Shown here piece by piece: positions 22,130 through 35,247 of a stretch of 64,000 nucleotides of DNA. A program made the position numbers and the translations under genes. Under the pieces are notes generated by a model. That model had not been told where the DNA came from. It made no database searches and saw nothing but the letters and a program-made list of their open reading frames with translations. Positions within the stretch are counted from its first letter, which is position 1. Every line of letters begins with the position of its first letter. Source of the stretch: Isurus oxyrinchus (lineage: Eukaryota); contig JANJGN010000052.1 in NCBI GenBank assembly GCA_026770705.1, positions 2,046,001-2,110,000 on the forward strand. Reading direction: 5' to 3'.

Positions 22130-24700
22130 CGATTGGTCCCATTATGGTGAACTCCTCGCGTTCTTTTTCCAAGTGAATGACATTGATGGGGAGGAGAAGA
22201 GGCGAGCGACCCTCTTATCCACGTGTGGCAGTAAGATTTAGGGATTGATGCGAACTTTAATGCCACCCGGTGCCATGGATTCAAAAAGTTTAGATGATAT
22301 AGTGAACCTTGTGAAGATTCCTTCCCAGCCCCAGCCCTCGGTAACGATGCAACGGTCCAAATTTAACTCAAGAAATAGAGTCCCAGGGGAGGCAGCTGCA
22401 TGTTATGTGGAAAGTCTGAAACAGTTAACAGGACATTGTGAGTTTGGTAAATCTATAAATGATATGCTGAGAGATCAACTGGTGTGCAGTATAAATGAAG
22501 ATTCGATTCAGAAGAGATTACTGTCTGAAACAGATTTGGATATTCAGAAAGCTCTGGGAATAGTGCTGGCTATGGAAAGAGCAGTGAGGGACTCGAAAAA
22601 CATATGGAGAGTGCAAAATGTCACCATCCTCATGTTGGGTGAGGAGCCTCAGCCAAGAAGTGCGGGAAAATGTACAGCTCTGATGAGAAACGGGAAACGT
22701 CCACCACTAGCAGCAAATAAAAAGGAATGACTTAGCAGAGAAAACATGGAATAATGTGAACAGAGGTGAAGCAGACAACCTCGTAGTGAATGGAACTTTA
22801 AAAAAATCAATTGTTTTTACTGTCATCGAAACAGAGAGCCCATGAGAGATTGCAAGGATAGAATCAGGCAGAGTTTCAATCAAGAGAGAAAACCCTGTGA
22901 GATCCATAACATAGAAGAGCCTGAAGTAACAGATTCAGATAGTTATTCATTGTATAATTTAAAGGTAGGAAGAACAGAGCCAATCTATGTAACAGTGAGG
23001 GTGAATGATAGAGCTCTCAGAATGGGGGTGGACACAGGAGCTAACATTACGCTAATTGGGGAGCATACTTTCAAATACTGGAATCATGGGGAAAGTCAAT
23101 TAAATTTGGAAGAAACAGATGACTAATTGAAAACTCACACGGGAGAAGACATTCAAGCCAAAGACATAAGCAGGGTTGTTATACAGTATGGAAGTCAATC
23201 AGTAAAATGACCCTTGATGATGGGAGCTGGTGAGGGACCAAGCCTCCTTGGACGAAACTGGCTGAAAGATATTAAGCTGGATTGGTCTGAGATCTTCCAA
23301 CTGAGAGCCAGTGGGCTACCTGAGCTACTACAAAAATACATCTCAGTTTTCCAAGATGAACTCGGGGAGATCCAGGGGCTGCAAGCAAAAATTCATGTGG
23401 ATCCAGACTCTACCCCTCTGATTTATGAAGGCACGACCAGTACCTTATGCAATGTGGGAAAAGGCAGATGCTGAATTGGGCAGGTTCTAGAAACTGGGAG
23501 GGATACAATCTGTGCAGTCCTCAGAATGGGCAGCACCAATAGTCCCTGGACCTGAGCCTGGCCAAAGTGTTTGTGGAGATGACAAGAATTGACTGGAACG
23601 GCCTACACGGAGCTGATATGAGCCATGCTTATCAACAATTGGAGTTCGAGAAGGCCTCCCAGAAGTTTGTCACAATTAATACACACAAAGGGTTGTATCA
23701 ATAAACCGGTTTGCCTTTCAGAGTCTCCTCTGCAGGATCACAGAGTCTTAATGGCACAGCAGGAGGCCATTCAGCCCATCGTGTCTATCCCAGCTCTCCA
23801 AATGAGCATCATGACCTAGTGTCATTGCCCTGCCTTTCCCCATGCCCCTGCACCTTTTCTCTATCCAAATAACCATCTAATGCCCTCCTGAATGCCTCGA
23901 TTGAACCTGCCTCCACAACACTTCCAGGCCGTGCATTCCAGGCCCAGAACTTAGTTGTGTGAAAAAGTTTTTTCTCACGTCACATTTGCAACATCAGTCA
24001 TGCTAAATGTCAGCGGGAAGGTGGAAAGGAGGCCAGGAAGACAGGAAACTGGACATGACTGGCATAGTCATGACAGGAAGCTGACCGTAGGAGAGACGGT
24101 ATATGTGAAGGATTTTATAGAACGGCCAAAGTGGTCACCGGGTGAAATAAATGCAGCGATTGGAACTCTTTCTCACCATGTGAAAGTGGAAGACCGAGTC
24201 ATATGGAGACATGTGGGTCATATAAGGAGGAGAGAAACAAAGTACCAAGAAACAATCCCACCAGTCTTCACGGCTGCGTCTATGTCTCCTGTTGAAAGAA
24301 CTCAGCTGAGAACAGATGTGTCTGAAGGGTCCGTTGTACCTGCAAGAGTTGAGGAAACAGGTTTGCAGGTGTCCACCGAAGAAGCTGGTGTTGGGACAAC
24401 ATCAGAAAAGGAGACTCCTGACAAAGCATCTGAAGCTGTGGATCTGAGACGTTCCAGACGCATAAGGAAACCCCCCAGAAAGACTGAATTTGTAAATTAC
24501 TGATCTGTGTAAATCATCTGATACTTTGAGAAAATGGTAAAAGTAAGTGTAAAATGTATTTCTGAGTAAAGGGGGAGGGTGGTGGTAATCTGATGTGTGA
24601 TGTACCTTTAAGAAGAAGGTTACAATGGAAGATAACATGAGCTCAGTGTTGTGGTGTGTTCTCAGAATCAACCTCAGGCCTGGCTAAAAACAGAACTCTA
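22130..24700 (+). mobile_element. Degenerate Ty3/Gypsy LTR retrotransposon
   Basis: Gag (HCEFGKSINDMLRDQLVC), protease (VDTGA), RT and integrase-tail remnants; polypurine tract aaagggggaggg at about 24568 followed by a TG-starting LTR. Confidence 0.88.
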
Positions 24701-25419
24701 CCCATTACAGGGAAACCATCTTTTTTGTTCACAGTGTTAGTCACGTACACATTGGGTTATTTAAATTCAAATCTTGTCAGTACATAATCACATAATAAGC
24801 AGTTGTTCCCAGTCCCAGGTACATATCTGCTCCTTACCCAAGCAAGAACTGTTTATCTCATTCTAGCCTGGTGCTGTTTGCCTTTACCTGATCTGTTTAC
24901 CCTCAGAATCTCTTTATGTCTGTTCTCGAGTTAATCCCTCGTGATCTTCAAGGCCTTTCTGGAGAGTTCTGCTGATGTCAGCCCCATGGTGCACAAGATT
25001 CACCTGGAGAATTCTGCTGACCTTTGGTTTTCACTAATAGAAGTCCCTGTTTAACTCTTATATCAGTGTCCAACAGACGAGTGGCGCAGGTACCTCAGTA
25101 GTCGGTCACCTTTAGTTAGAGCCTGTAATGCGGAGACAGGGCTTGAGTTGAAAGCACACAAGTGTAGCTGCTGAGTTCCTTTGTAAATAAGCAGAATGTG
25201 TTTCATCTAAGAACTGTCTGCTGATCTACTCTGTCTATTGTACCTACTCAGCCTCTCCAAAACAAGCCTGGATCCATAAGTCCCAACAAACTCGTGACCA
25301 GCATCCAACAGTATCAATAATTAATGTCTCTATTGTGGGTGGAATTTTTGATTTGGATCAATAATACTAAACACTGATCACTCTGATTGTCACTCTGATC
25401 ATTTCTGTTTCTATTACAG

Positions 25420-25536
25420 AAGAAAGATGAAAATGTTCTGGAAATGAAATCTAACCGCGGAGTCAATCCTGATACAGATGATGATCTTTACGCAAACTGT
25501 GATTTTGCCAAGGATTCTGTTTATGGGAATTTATAA
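25420..25536 (+). pseudogene. Orphan copy of the terminal ITIM exon KKDENVLEMKSNRGVNPDTDDDLYANCDFAKDSVYGNL*
   Basis: Acceptor ttctgtttctattacag; near-identical to 35248-35364; no upstream + strand Siglec exons seen. Confidence 0.7.
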
Positions 25537-26624
25537 ACTGAGCAAGAATGAGACACACACAGTGTGGGGAGAATACAGAATGGGAGAATCATTCAAAACT
25601 CCAATTTACCTTCCTAATATCCACAGGAACTCACTCCCAGGAAATAGATTTAAACCTCTTGTTACAATCTGATGGAATTTCTTCGGAATGATCTATCCAG
25701 GATGATTGTCTGTGGGTTTCAATTCGAACATCCTCCTTCAGATTTGTCCCTCACTGTTGGAAACATCCTTCTCTCCATTCTGATTGTAAATGTCTTTAGA
25801 TATCGTTCGATGATGTACCAGGACAGAACGGACAAATTCAATCCCGTGTCCGTGATTATGAGTTAATTTTCATTCTGTTATTCACCTTCCTGTCTGTCAG
25901 TGTTTACAGAATATTCATCAGCCAGTGCAGACTTCAGGAAATGCAGGATCGGTGGATAATTGGACCAGAGCAAATCCCTACAGTTTATTCACCATTTTGC
26001 AGTCAAACATATGTTCAGAGAACATGTGTATTTTATGAGTTATTGTTTAATATTAGACTAATCGCAGCCTGGGAAAGGGAAACAATTTGATTGGAGAATT
26101 GGTAGACTTCCGACAACACAGAGGAAAACAGGTGTGCTACGGTGCCAGCACTGGTGGGAGGATGTCATTACAGCGTGACATGTTTACATTGATGTTGCCA
26201 ATGTCATTGTGAACAGAGGGAGCTATGATGTGAAAAGTTGCTTGCAAATGTACGTTTTTCACTGTATCCTGGATGGCTGAAACAGCTTGGACAACAGAAT
26301 GAGCTAAAGCTACAACTTACAACCATTTCAGTCTTTCAGTTTCTGAAAGAACAATTAGCCTCCATCCTGAAGGCTGAGTGAATGGGTGGACTGTGCGATG
26401 TGTTACAGATTTCAGACACCAACATCCTCGATCCTGGTTCTGCTCTGTGTTTGATGAAAAGATCCTAACCAGACACATGGATAAAAGATTGGGAAAATAA
26501 ATAATCCTCCTGCATTAACCAGTAACCAGTCACTAACTAAGTTAATCATGTGAGGACAGGATTGTGTTGGAGGCCATTAACCCCAGCATCAAACACATCC
26601 TTTGGACTGGCCATTTACACAGAA

Positions 26625-27830
26625 GAAAGGAGGAGGCCCATTCAGCCCCCTGAAGCCTGTTACACAGCAACAGGAGGAGGCCCATTCAGCCCCTCGAGCC
26701 TGTTACACAGGAACAGGAGGAGGCCCATTCAGCCCCCTCGAGCCTGTTACACAGGAACAGGAGGAGGCCCATTCAGCCCCTCAAGCCTGTTACACAGGAA
26801 CAGGAGGAGGCCCATTCAGCCCCTCGAGCCTGTTACACAGCAACAGGAGGAGGCCCATTCAGCTGCCTCGAGTCTGTTACACAGGAACAGGAGGACGCCC
26901 ATTCAGCCCCTTGAGCCTGTTACACAGGAACAGGAGGAGGCCCATTCAGCCCCATGAGCCTGTTACACAGGAACAGAAGGAGGCAATTAAGCCCCCTCGA
27001 GCCTGTTACACAGGAACAGGAGGAGGCCATTCAGCCCCCTCGAGCCTGTTACACAGGAACAGGAGGAGGCCCATTCAGCCCCCTGAAGCCTGTTGCACAG
27101 GAACAGGAGGAGGCCCATTCAGCCCCCTGAAGCCTGTTGCACAGGAACAGGAGGAGGCCCATTCAGCTCCTCGAGCCTGTTACACAGCAACAGGAGGAGG
27201 CCATTCAGCCCCCTCGAGCCTATTACACAGGAACAGGAGGAGGCCATTCAGCCCCCTCGAGCCTGTTACACAGGAACAGGAGGAGGCCCATTCAGCCCCC
27301 TCGAGCCTGTTACACAGGAACAGGAGGAGGCCCATTCAGCCCCCTGAAGCCTGTTACACAGGAACAGGAGGAGGCCATTCAGCCCCCTCGAGCCTGTTAC
27401 ACAGGAACAGGAGGAGGCCCATTCAGCTCCTCAAGCCTGTGACACAGGAACAGGAGGAGGCCCATTCAGCCCCCTGAAGCCTGTTACACAGGAACAGGAG
27501 GAGGCCCATTCAGCCCCCTCGAGCCTGTTACACAGGAACAGGAGGAGGCCATTCAGCCCCCTCGAGCCTGTTACACAGGAACAGGAGGAGGCTCATTCAG
27601 CCCCTCGAGCCTGTTACACATGAACAGGAGGAGGCCCATTCAGCTCCTCGAGCCTGTTACACAGGAACAGGAGGAGGCCCATTCAGCCATCGAGCTTGTA
27701 ACAAAAGAAAAGGAGGAGGCCGTTCAACCCCTTGAGCCTGTTACCCATGAACATGAGGGGCCCATTCAGCCCCCTCAATCCCATTACACAGGAACAGGAG
27801 CAGGCCATTCAGCCCCTCGAGAGATTCCAA
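26625..27830 (+). repeat. ~41-bp tandem array derived from the antisense CR1 3' terminus
   Basis: gagcctgttacacaggaacaggaggaggcccattcagccccctc units. Confidence 0.95.
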
Positions 27831-27835
27831 TGATT

Positions 27836-29180
27836 CACAGTGCAGCACTCCCTCAGTTCTCACCCTCTGACAGTGCAGCACTCCCTCAGTACTGACCCTC
27901 TGACAGTGCAGCACTCCCTCAAAACTGACTCTCTGACAGTGCAGCACGCCCTCAGTACTGAACTTCTGGCAGTGCAGCACTCCCTCAGTACTGACCCTCT
28001 GACAGTGCAGCACTCCCTCAATACTGACTCACTGACAGTGCAGCACTCCCTCAGTTCTGAACCACCGATAGTGAAGCAATCCCTCAGTACTGACTCTCTT
28101 ACAGTGCAGCACTGCCTCAATACTGACTCACTGACAGTGCAGCACTCCCTCAGTACTGAACTTCTGGCAGTGCAGCACTCCCTCAATACTGACCCTCTGA
28201 CAGTGCAGCACTCCCTCAATACTGACCCTCTGACAGTGCAGCACTCACTCAGTACTGACCCTATGACAGTGCAGCACTCCCTCAGTTCTGTCCCTCTGAC
28301 AGTGCAGCACTCCCTCAATACTGACCCTCTGACAGTGCAGCACTCCCTCAGTACTGACCCTCTTACAGTGCAGCACTCCCTCAATACTGACCCTCTGACA
28401 CCGCAGCATTGCTTCAGTACTGACCCTCTGACAGTGCAGCACTCCCTCAGTACTGACCCTCTTACTGTGCAGCACTCCCTCAGTACTGACCCTCTGACAG
28501 TGCAGCACTCCCTCAGTACTGTACTTCTGACAGTGCAGCACTCCCTCAGTACTGACCCTCTGACAGTGCAGCACTCCCTCAGTACTGACCCTCTGACAGT
28601 GCACCACTCCCTCAGTACTGACCCACTGACAGTGCAGCATTGGTTCAGTACTGACCCTCTGACAGTGCAGCACTCCCTCAGTACTGACCCTCTGACAGTG
28701 CAGCACTCCCTCAGTAATGACCCTCCAACAGTGCAGCACTCCCTCAGTACTGACCCTCTGACAGTGCAGCACTCCCTCAGTACTGACCCGCTGACAGTGC
28801 AGCACTCCCTCAGTACTGACCCTCTGACAGTGCAGCACTCCCTCAGTACTGACCCTCTGACAGTGCAGCACTCCCTCAGTACTGACCCGCTGACAGTGCA
28901 GCACTCCCTCAGTACTGACCCTCTGACAGTGCAGCACTCCCTCAGTACTGACCCTCTGACAGTGCAACACTCCCTCAGTACTGACCCTCTGACAGTGCAG
29001 CACTCCCTCAGTACTGACCCTCTGACAGTGCAGCACTCCCTCAGTACTGACCCTCTGACAGTGCAGCACTCCCTCAGTACTGACCCTCTGACAGTGCAGC
29101 ACTCCCTCAGTACTGACCCTCTGACAGTGCAGCACTCCCTCAGTACTGACCCTCTGACAGTGCAGCACCTCTTCAGTACA
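27836..29180 (-). repeat. 33-bp tandem array (~40 units)
   Basis: cagtgcagcactccctcagtactgaccctctga units. Confidence 0.97.
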
Positions 29181-30191
29181 GGGTCCTGAATCTTTGGAAG
29201 TCTCTCCTTAATCCTTGGGTGTGGAGGATCTCAGAGACTCTCATGTAATTGAGAAGTCACCATGAGCACAGCAGCAGTCAGAATAGACAGATCTACAACC
29301 CAACACTCACACTTGCTGCACAGTTTCACCACCAAACCACAAGAATTAAGCAAACTGGCTGAAAATAAAGAGATGACAATTCAGCCTGTGTGGAAAGGTC
29401 AGAAGTTTATTGTTTCCTGTTTGTCTCTGATCTGCAGTGCAGATAAATATTAGAAAACCACAGAATCAAACAGCACAGAAAGAGGCCACTCAGCCCATTG
29501 TCCCTGTCCTGGTCTCCTGGGACAGATATCCAATTGGTCCCAATCTCCCATTCTCTCACACTCTGCAAGTATTTTGAAAGATCCTATTGAATCTGCTTCC
29601 ACCGCCCTTTCAGGCAGCACCTTCCAGATCACAGCAACTCGCTGTGCACAATAAAACCTAACCTGCCTGCTCAGTGATGGTTACTCCCATCTGAGGGGAT
29701 TTATATTCATGAATTTGGATTCAATCTGGAACAGGAAGAATTTGAAGGACGATGGGGGAAGAGAGGTGGATTGAAACCAATTGTGTGCTTCTTTTAAAGA
29801 GCTAGCACAGCCAAGATGGCATGAATGGCCTCCTGCTATTCTATATGATTCTGTAATATGATGAAGAAAGTTCCTTTTCAGCAACAGTTTACCTCTTCTG
29901 CTGAAACTCTTCATGTTGGAGAAGAGGAAGTGATGGTTTCCATCAGTGTTTAGTTTGTGTTCCATTTCCGTTTTAACCGAAACTCAGTGAAGCGGATGGT
30001 GAAGGTCATGAACCCACCACAGCGGCACCTCCAACACATGCAGAGCTCAGGCTAGAGGCGCTTTGTTAGTGTGTTTCACAGGGTCTGCTGGAGTAGGGTC
30101 AGTGCTGAGCTTGGGGACAAGTCAGTCTACAATGCTGCATCGGAATCAACAATACAACAATATGGGGTTTGGATCGAAATAATTTGATCCT

Positions 30192-30775
30192 GTGACAGTG
30201 CAGCACTCCCTCAGTACTGATTCTCCAACAGTGCAGCATGCCCTCAGGAATGACCCTCTGACAGTGCAGCACTCCCTCAGTACTGACCCTCTGGCAGTGC
30301 AGCACTCCCACAATACTGAGCCTCTGACAGTGCAGCATTCCCTCAGTACTGACCCTCTGGCAGTGCAGCACTCCCACAATACTGAGCCTCTGACAGTGCA
30401 GCACTGCTTCAGTACTGATTCTCCAACAGTGCAGCACTCCCTCAGTACTGACCCTCTGACAGTGTGTGTTCCAGTTCAGTTTTAACCGAAACTCAGTGAA
30501 GCGGTTCTGATCCCCCAACAGTGCAGCACTCCCTCAGTACTGATCCTCCAACAGTTCAGCACTCCCTCAGTACTGATTCTCTGACAGTGAAGTACTTGCT
30601 CAGTACTGACTATGCGGCAGTGCAGCTTTCACAGTACCTGCCCTCCAACAGTGCAGCAGGTCATCAGTACTCACGCGCCAAGAGGGCAGCTCTCCCTCAG
30701 TACTGACCCTCCAACAGTGCAGCACTCCATCAGTACTGACCCTCCAACAATACAGCACTCCCTCACTACTGAACT
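30192..30775 (-). repeat. 33-bp tandem array
   Basis: Same unit as 27836-29180. Confidence 0.9.
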
Positions 30776-30902
30776 GAATTGTCTGCCTGAATTAAGTGCT
30801 TTGTGGTGAAGGAACCTACATTGATATCACACCTTTCACATTCTCAGGGTGTCTCAAAGCGTTTCACAGTCAATGTAAGTAATGATCTTTATTTGTTTTC
30901 AG

Positions 30903-31184
30903 ACACACCACAGAATCTCTCAATTAATTCTCTTGATATGATTAACGCTTCATCAATCAATATAATTGAGGGGAATTCTGCAGTGATAATCTGCTCTGTC
31001 GAGAGCTTCCCAGCTTCTAACCTGACGTGGCAACATCTTAATGTCCCAATGAACAGAACAAGTTCCAACAATGAGCTGTGGTTGGTGATTCCTCACGTTA
31101 CATCCAGGGACACTGGAGAATATCAGTGTGTGGCAGAGAATGAACATGGAGCAGTGGAGGGGTTCATAACCATCACTGTGGAAC
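30903..31184 (+). CDS. Siglec B intact third Ig (C2) exon, MAG domain-3-like
   Basis: 282 nt, phase 1-1; IIEGNSAVIICSVESFPASNLTW...DTGEYQCVAENEHG; sequons NLS, NAS, NLT, NRT. Confidence 0.88.
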
Positions 31185-31219
31185 GTGAGTTACACAGAAT
31201 TGAACGTTCTCTTGTTGTT

Positions 31220-32260
31220 AGCTCATGGGATGTGGGCATTGTTGACAAGACCAGAAATTATTGCCCATCTGTAACTGCCCCTTGAGAAGGTGGTGGTGAG
31301 CTGCCTTCTTTAACCACTACATTCCCTGTGGTGTAGGTACACCCTCAGTGCTGTTAGGGTGGGAGTTCCAGGATTTTGTCCCAGTGATGGTGAAAGAACG
31401 GCCAATATATTTCCAAGTCCCAGGGCAGACCACCACCTCAAGTTCGCTTCCAAATCACACACCTCACTGACTTGGAACTGTCTTGGTGGAAGAGGTTAAG
31501 AGTTTGGAAGGTGCTGTCGAAGGAGCCTTGGTGAGTTGCTGCAGTGCATCTTGTAGATGGTGCACACACTGCTGCCATTGTGTGCCAGTGGTGGAGGGTA
31601 TGAATGTTTATGCTGGTGGATGGGCTGTCGATCAAACAAGCTGCTCCTGGATGGTGTCGAGCTTCTTGAGTGTTGTTGGAGCTGCACTTATTCAGGCAAT
31701 TGGAGATTATTCCATCACACTCCTGACTTGTGCCTTGTCGATGGTGGACAGGCTTTGGGGGGTCAGGAGGTGAGTTACTCACCGCAGAGTTCCCAGCCTC
31801 TTACCCGCTCTTGTAGCCACATTATTTCCTGTTGCTGGGTTGTTGCCAGGGCCAATAGCCTTTGCTGTATCCAGTATCATCAGCTAATTGCTGATGTCAC
31901 GTGGAGTCAATCGAATTGTCTGAAAGCTGACATCTGTGATGCTGGGACCCTCTGGAGGAGGCCGAGATGGAGCATCCACTCAGCACTTCTGGCTGAACAT
32001 GGTTGCCAATGCTTCAGCCTTGTCATTTGCACTGATGTGCTGAGCTCCCCCATCATTAAGGATGGGGATATTTGTGGAACATCCTCCTCCTGTTAGATCT
32101 TTAATTGTCCATCACCATTCATGACTGGATGTGGCAGGACTGCAGAGCTTAGATCTGACCCGTTGGTTGTGGGATCGCTTTGCTCTGTCTATAGCATGTT
32201 GTTTCCGCTGTTTGGTGTGTATGTAGTCCTGTGTGTCACCTCAGCAGCTTGGCACCTCTG
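31220..32260 (-). mobile_element. CR1-clade LINE fragments
   Basis: Reverse-complement similarity to segments of 10397-12350. Confidence 0.8.
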
Positions 32261-32450
32261 TTATATGTGAATCCTCCTTATAGAAACCTGCATGTACATG
32301 GATATTATCAATAAATATTACATAGATAAATGTTATTTGTATAGACCTTTCATGCATAGACAATATCACTTCACAAGTTCAGAATTACTACATGTACATA
32401 GAGAACCATTCTCAAACTGTACCGGAGTCATTCATTGGCTGATTTTACAG

Positions 32451-32547
32451 GGCGAGATTCCAATGAATGGAAAGCAGGATTGCTTGGAGCTGGAATCTGT
32501 TTGAGTGTTGGACTGAGTGGATTCTTCATCTTCAAGTGTGTGAGAAA
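32451..32547 (+). CDS. Siglec B neutral TM exon (R)RDSNEWKAGLLGAGICLSVGLSGFFIFKCVR(K)
   Basis: Acceptor gattttacag, donor AA|gtaagt; phase 1 in, phase 2 out; uncharged helix followed by a basic stop-transfer. Confidence 0.78.
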
Positions 32548-33199
32548 GTAAGTGTGAAGGTTTAATTGGTTGTTTTTGAAAATGTTTTCTTCAAACTTCT
32601 CTCCTTATAGAAAGAACTTGCATTTCTATAGCACCTTTCACAACCCAAAACCCTTCACAGCCCCTGAAGAGCTTTGATGTTCACCTACTGTTTAACATCT
32701 CATCCAACATTCACTGTTTCACAACTCAGTCCTGTAACTGGCAGTGTTGACCCGGACCATAAGATACCTTGTGACCTACTGAGGATGTGAAAGGAGCTAT
32801 ATAAATGAAAACCTTTCTTTTGTTAGTGAATGCAATCTCTTTCCTCTTTCCATGTTTCATTCACTCTCTCCAATCTCCACTAATGCTCTCCTTCTCATTC
32901 TCTCTCTCATCCTCCTACACGTTGTTCAGTCTCTCACATTTTTAAGGAGCGCTGAGCAACATCTGCTCCTTCAGAAGATCCACCTCAACAGCTGGATTGA
33001 GCAGTGAATTGAAACTCGCTCAACGACTGCTCAGCTTTACACAGGAATCACGACACAGAGTCAGGACACAAAGGGTTAACAGTTTGTTTACAACACAACA
33101 CTAAGGCCCTACGTTTCAATGAAAGGGTTTTCACAATTGTTCCCCAATTCCTGATTTGATTCACAGAGACACATCAACCCTTTCTCATTAAACACACAG

Positions 33200-33284
33200 A
33201 GGGAGCAGCACAGGAAGAGGTCATTCAGCCCAAGCAGAGCGTATGGGCAGTTCCTCCCCAGGCGAGCAGTCGGACAGGTACTGG
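33200..33284 (+). other. Copy of the promoter/exon-1 module that could serve as an in-frame 85-nt cytoplasmic exon
   Basis: Paralog of 45430-45518; cacacag|A...TGG|gtaagt is open and phase 2 to 0. Confidence 0.4.
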
Positions 33285-33798
33285 GTAAGTAACGGAACGA
33301 TTGGAATTCACTTCCACCACCAACACCGTCCTTTGTTAATGTTGTGACTTTATATATAATCAGATTCCAATGATTGATGCCTTTGAAAGATTTCTACTGA
33401 TTATTGAGATCTGGGTGTGAGGCTCAGGTCTGTTGTACAGAACATCTTTCTGGTTAAATTATGCAGACAGGTTACACACAGTCTACGATTATATTCCCTC
33501 AGGTCTAGAAGATTAAAGGAGTGATGTAACTGAGGGGTTCAAACTGATTAAACACTCGATAGGGTCGATAGAGAGAAGCTATTCCCTCGGGTGGGGGTGG
33601 GTGGTGGGGGTCGGGTGGAGTCCAGAACAAGGGGGCTGGAACTTCAGATTGGAGCCAGGCCGTTCAGGGGTGATGTCAGGAAGCACTTCTTCACACAAAG
33701 GGGAGTGGAAATCTGGAACTCTCTCCCCAATAATCAAACCCAACACCGAATACACATCATGTTGATTGTCACTCTGTCCATTTCCATCTCTATTACAG

Positions 33799-33903
33799 AA
33801 GAGAGGCGAGGTGAAAGCAGGAATCAAATCGAACCATCGTGTTGATGAATATCGAGGTCCTGTTTATGAAAACTGTGAGCGTGGTTGGGCTTTGAGGAAT
33901 CAG
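33799..33903 (+). CDS. Siglec B cytoplasmic exon KRGEVKAGIKSNHRVDEYRGPVYENCERGWALRNQ
   Basis: Acceptor ccatctctattacag, donor CAG|gtgagt; phase 0-0; YENC motif. Confidence 0.75.
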
Positions 33904-34034
33904 GTGAGTCACACACCACAGGATCCCCAGCCTCTCAGCTGCTCCAGTAGCCTGGTTATTGATATGGCTGCTCCAGTCCTGTATCTGCAATGTTTTATAC
34001 AGTCACTCCCAAACCCAACCAAACTCACACCCAA

Positions 34035-35160
34035 CACCGTTCAGAATCAATAATCAAACCCCGATCAGAATCAATAATCAAACCCCGTTCAGAATCAATA
34101 ATCAAACCCCGTTCAGTATCAATAATCAAACCCCTTTCAGAATCAATAATCAAACACTGTTCAGAATCAATAAACAAACCCCGTTCAGTATCAATAATCA
34201 AACTCCGTTCAGGTTCAATAATCAAACACCGTTTAGAATCAATAATCAAACCCCGTTCAATGTCAATAATCAAACCCCATTCAGTATCAATAATCAAACT
34301 CCTTTCAGAATCAATAATCAAACCCAGTTCAGTATCAATAATCAAACCCAGTTCAGTATCAATAATCAAACCCCTTTCAGGATCAATAATCAAACTCCGT
34401 TCAGGATCAATAATCAAACACCGTTCAGTATAAATAATCAAACCCTGTTCAGTGTCAATAATCAAAACCCGTTCATAATCAATAATCAAACCCCGTTCAG
34501 TATCAATAATCAAAACCCGTTCATAATCAATAATCAAACCCCGTACAGTATCAATAATCAAACCCCGTTCAGAATCAATAATCAAACACCGTTCAGTGTC
34601 AATAATCAAACCCCGTTCAGTATCAATAATCAAAACCCATTCATAATCAATAATCAAACCCCGTACAGTTTCAATAATCAAACCCCGTTCAGTATCAATA
34701 ATCAACCCCCGATCAGTATCAATAATCAACCCCCGTTCAGTATCAATAATCAAACCCCGTTCAGTATCAATAATCAACCCCCGTTCAGTGTCAATAATCA
34801 AACCCCATTCAGTAACAATAATCAAACCCCGTTCAGTATTAATAATCAAACCCCGTTCAGTATCAATAATCAAACCCCGTTCAGTATCAATAATCGAACC
34901 CCGTTCAGAATCAATAAACAAATCCCATTCAGTATCAATAATCAAACCCCGTTCAGTATCAATAATCAAACCCCGTTCAGTATCAATAATCGAACCCCGT
35001 TCAATATCAATAATCAAACCCCGTTCAGTATCAATAATCAAACCCTGTTCAGTATCAATAATCAAACCCCATTCAGTGTCAATATTCAAACCTTGTTCAG
35101 AATCAATAATCAAACCCCGTTCAGAATCAATAATCAAACCCTGTTCAGTGTCAATAATTA
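34035..35160. repeat. 24-bp tandem array
   Basis: atcaataatcaaaccccgttcagt units filling the last intron of gene B. Confidence 0.97.
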
Positions 35161-35247
35161 ATGTATGTATTGTGGGTGGAATTTTCGATTTGGATCAATA
35201 ATACTAAACACTGATTGTCACTCTGATCATTTCTGTTTCTATTACAG

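Noticed and set aside
25478-25866. Two duplicated 64-aa ORFs (also 35306-35694)
   Set aside because: Alternative frame of the ITIM exon and its 3' UTR; similarity is explained by recent duplication
26550-27895. Repetitive ORFs; superficially CRISPR-like array
   Set aside because: Head-to-tail units with no unique spacers, vertebrate context, no cas genes
27840-29189. 449-aa ORF and overlapping antisense ORFs
   Set aside because: Translation of a 33-bp tandem repeat whose unit is a multiple of 3; no splice or domain evidence
32611-32677. Possible exon after the neutral TM (KNLHFYSTF...EEL*)
   Set aside because: Good acceptor, but the sequence is an antisense SINE tail and the intron would be only 63 nt; cannot be supported
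33243-33260. N-myristoylation of the predicted MGSSSP protein
   Set aside because: Pro occupies the position where the consensus needs a small residue such as Ser or Thr
33959-35161. 400-aa INNQTPFS ORF (and 370-aa antisense ORF)
   Set aside because: 24-bp intronic minisatellite open in several frames; lies between two phase-matched exons
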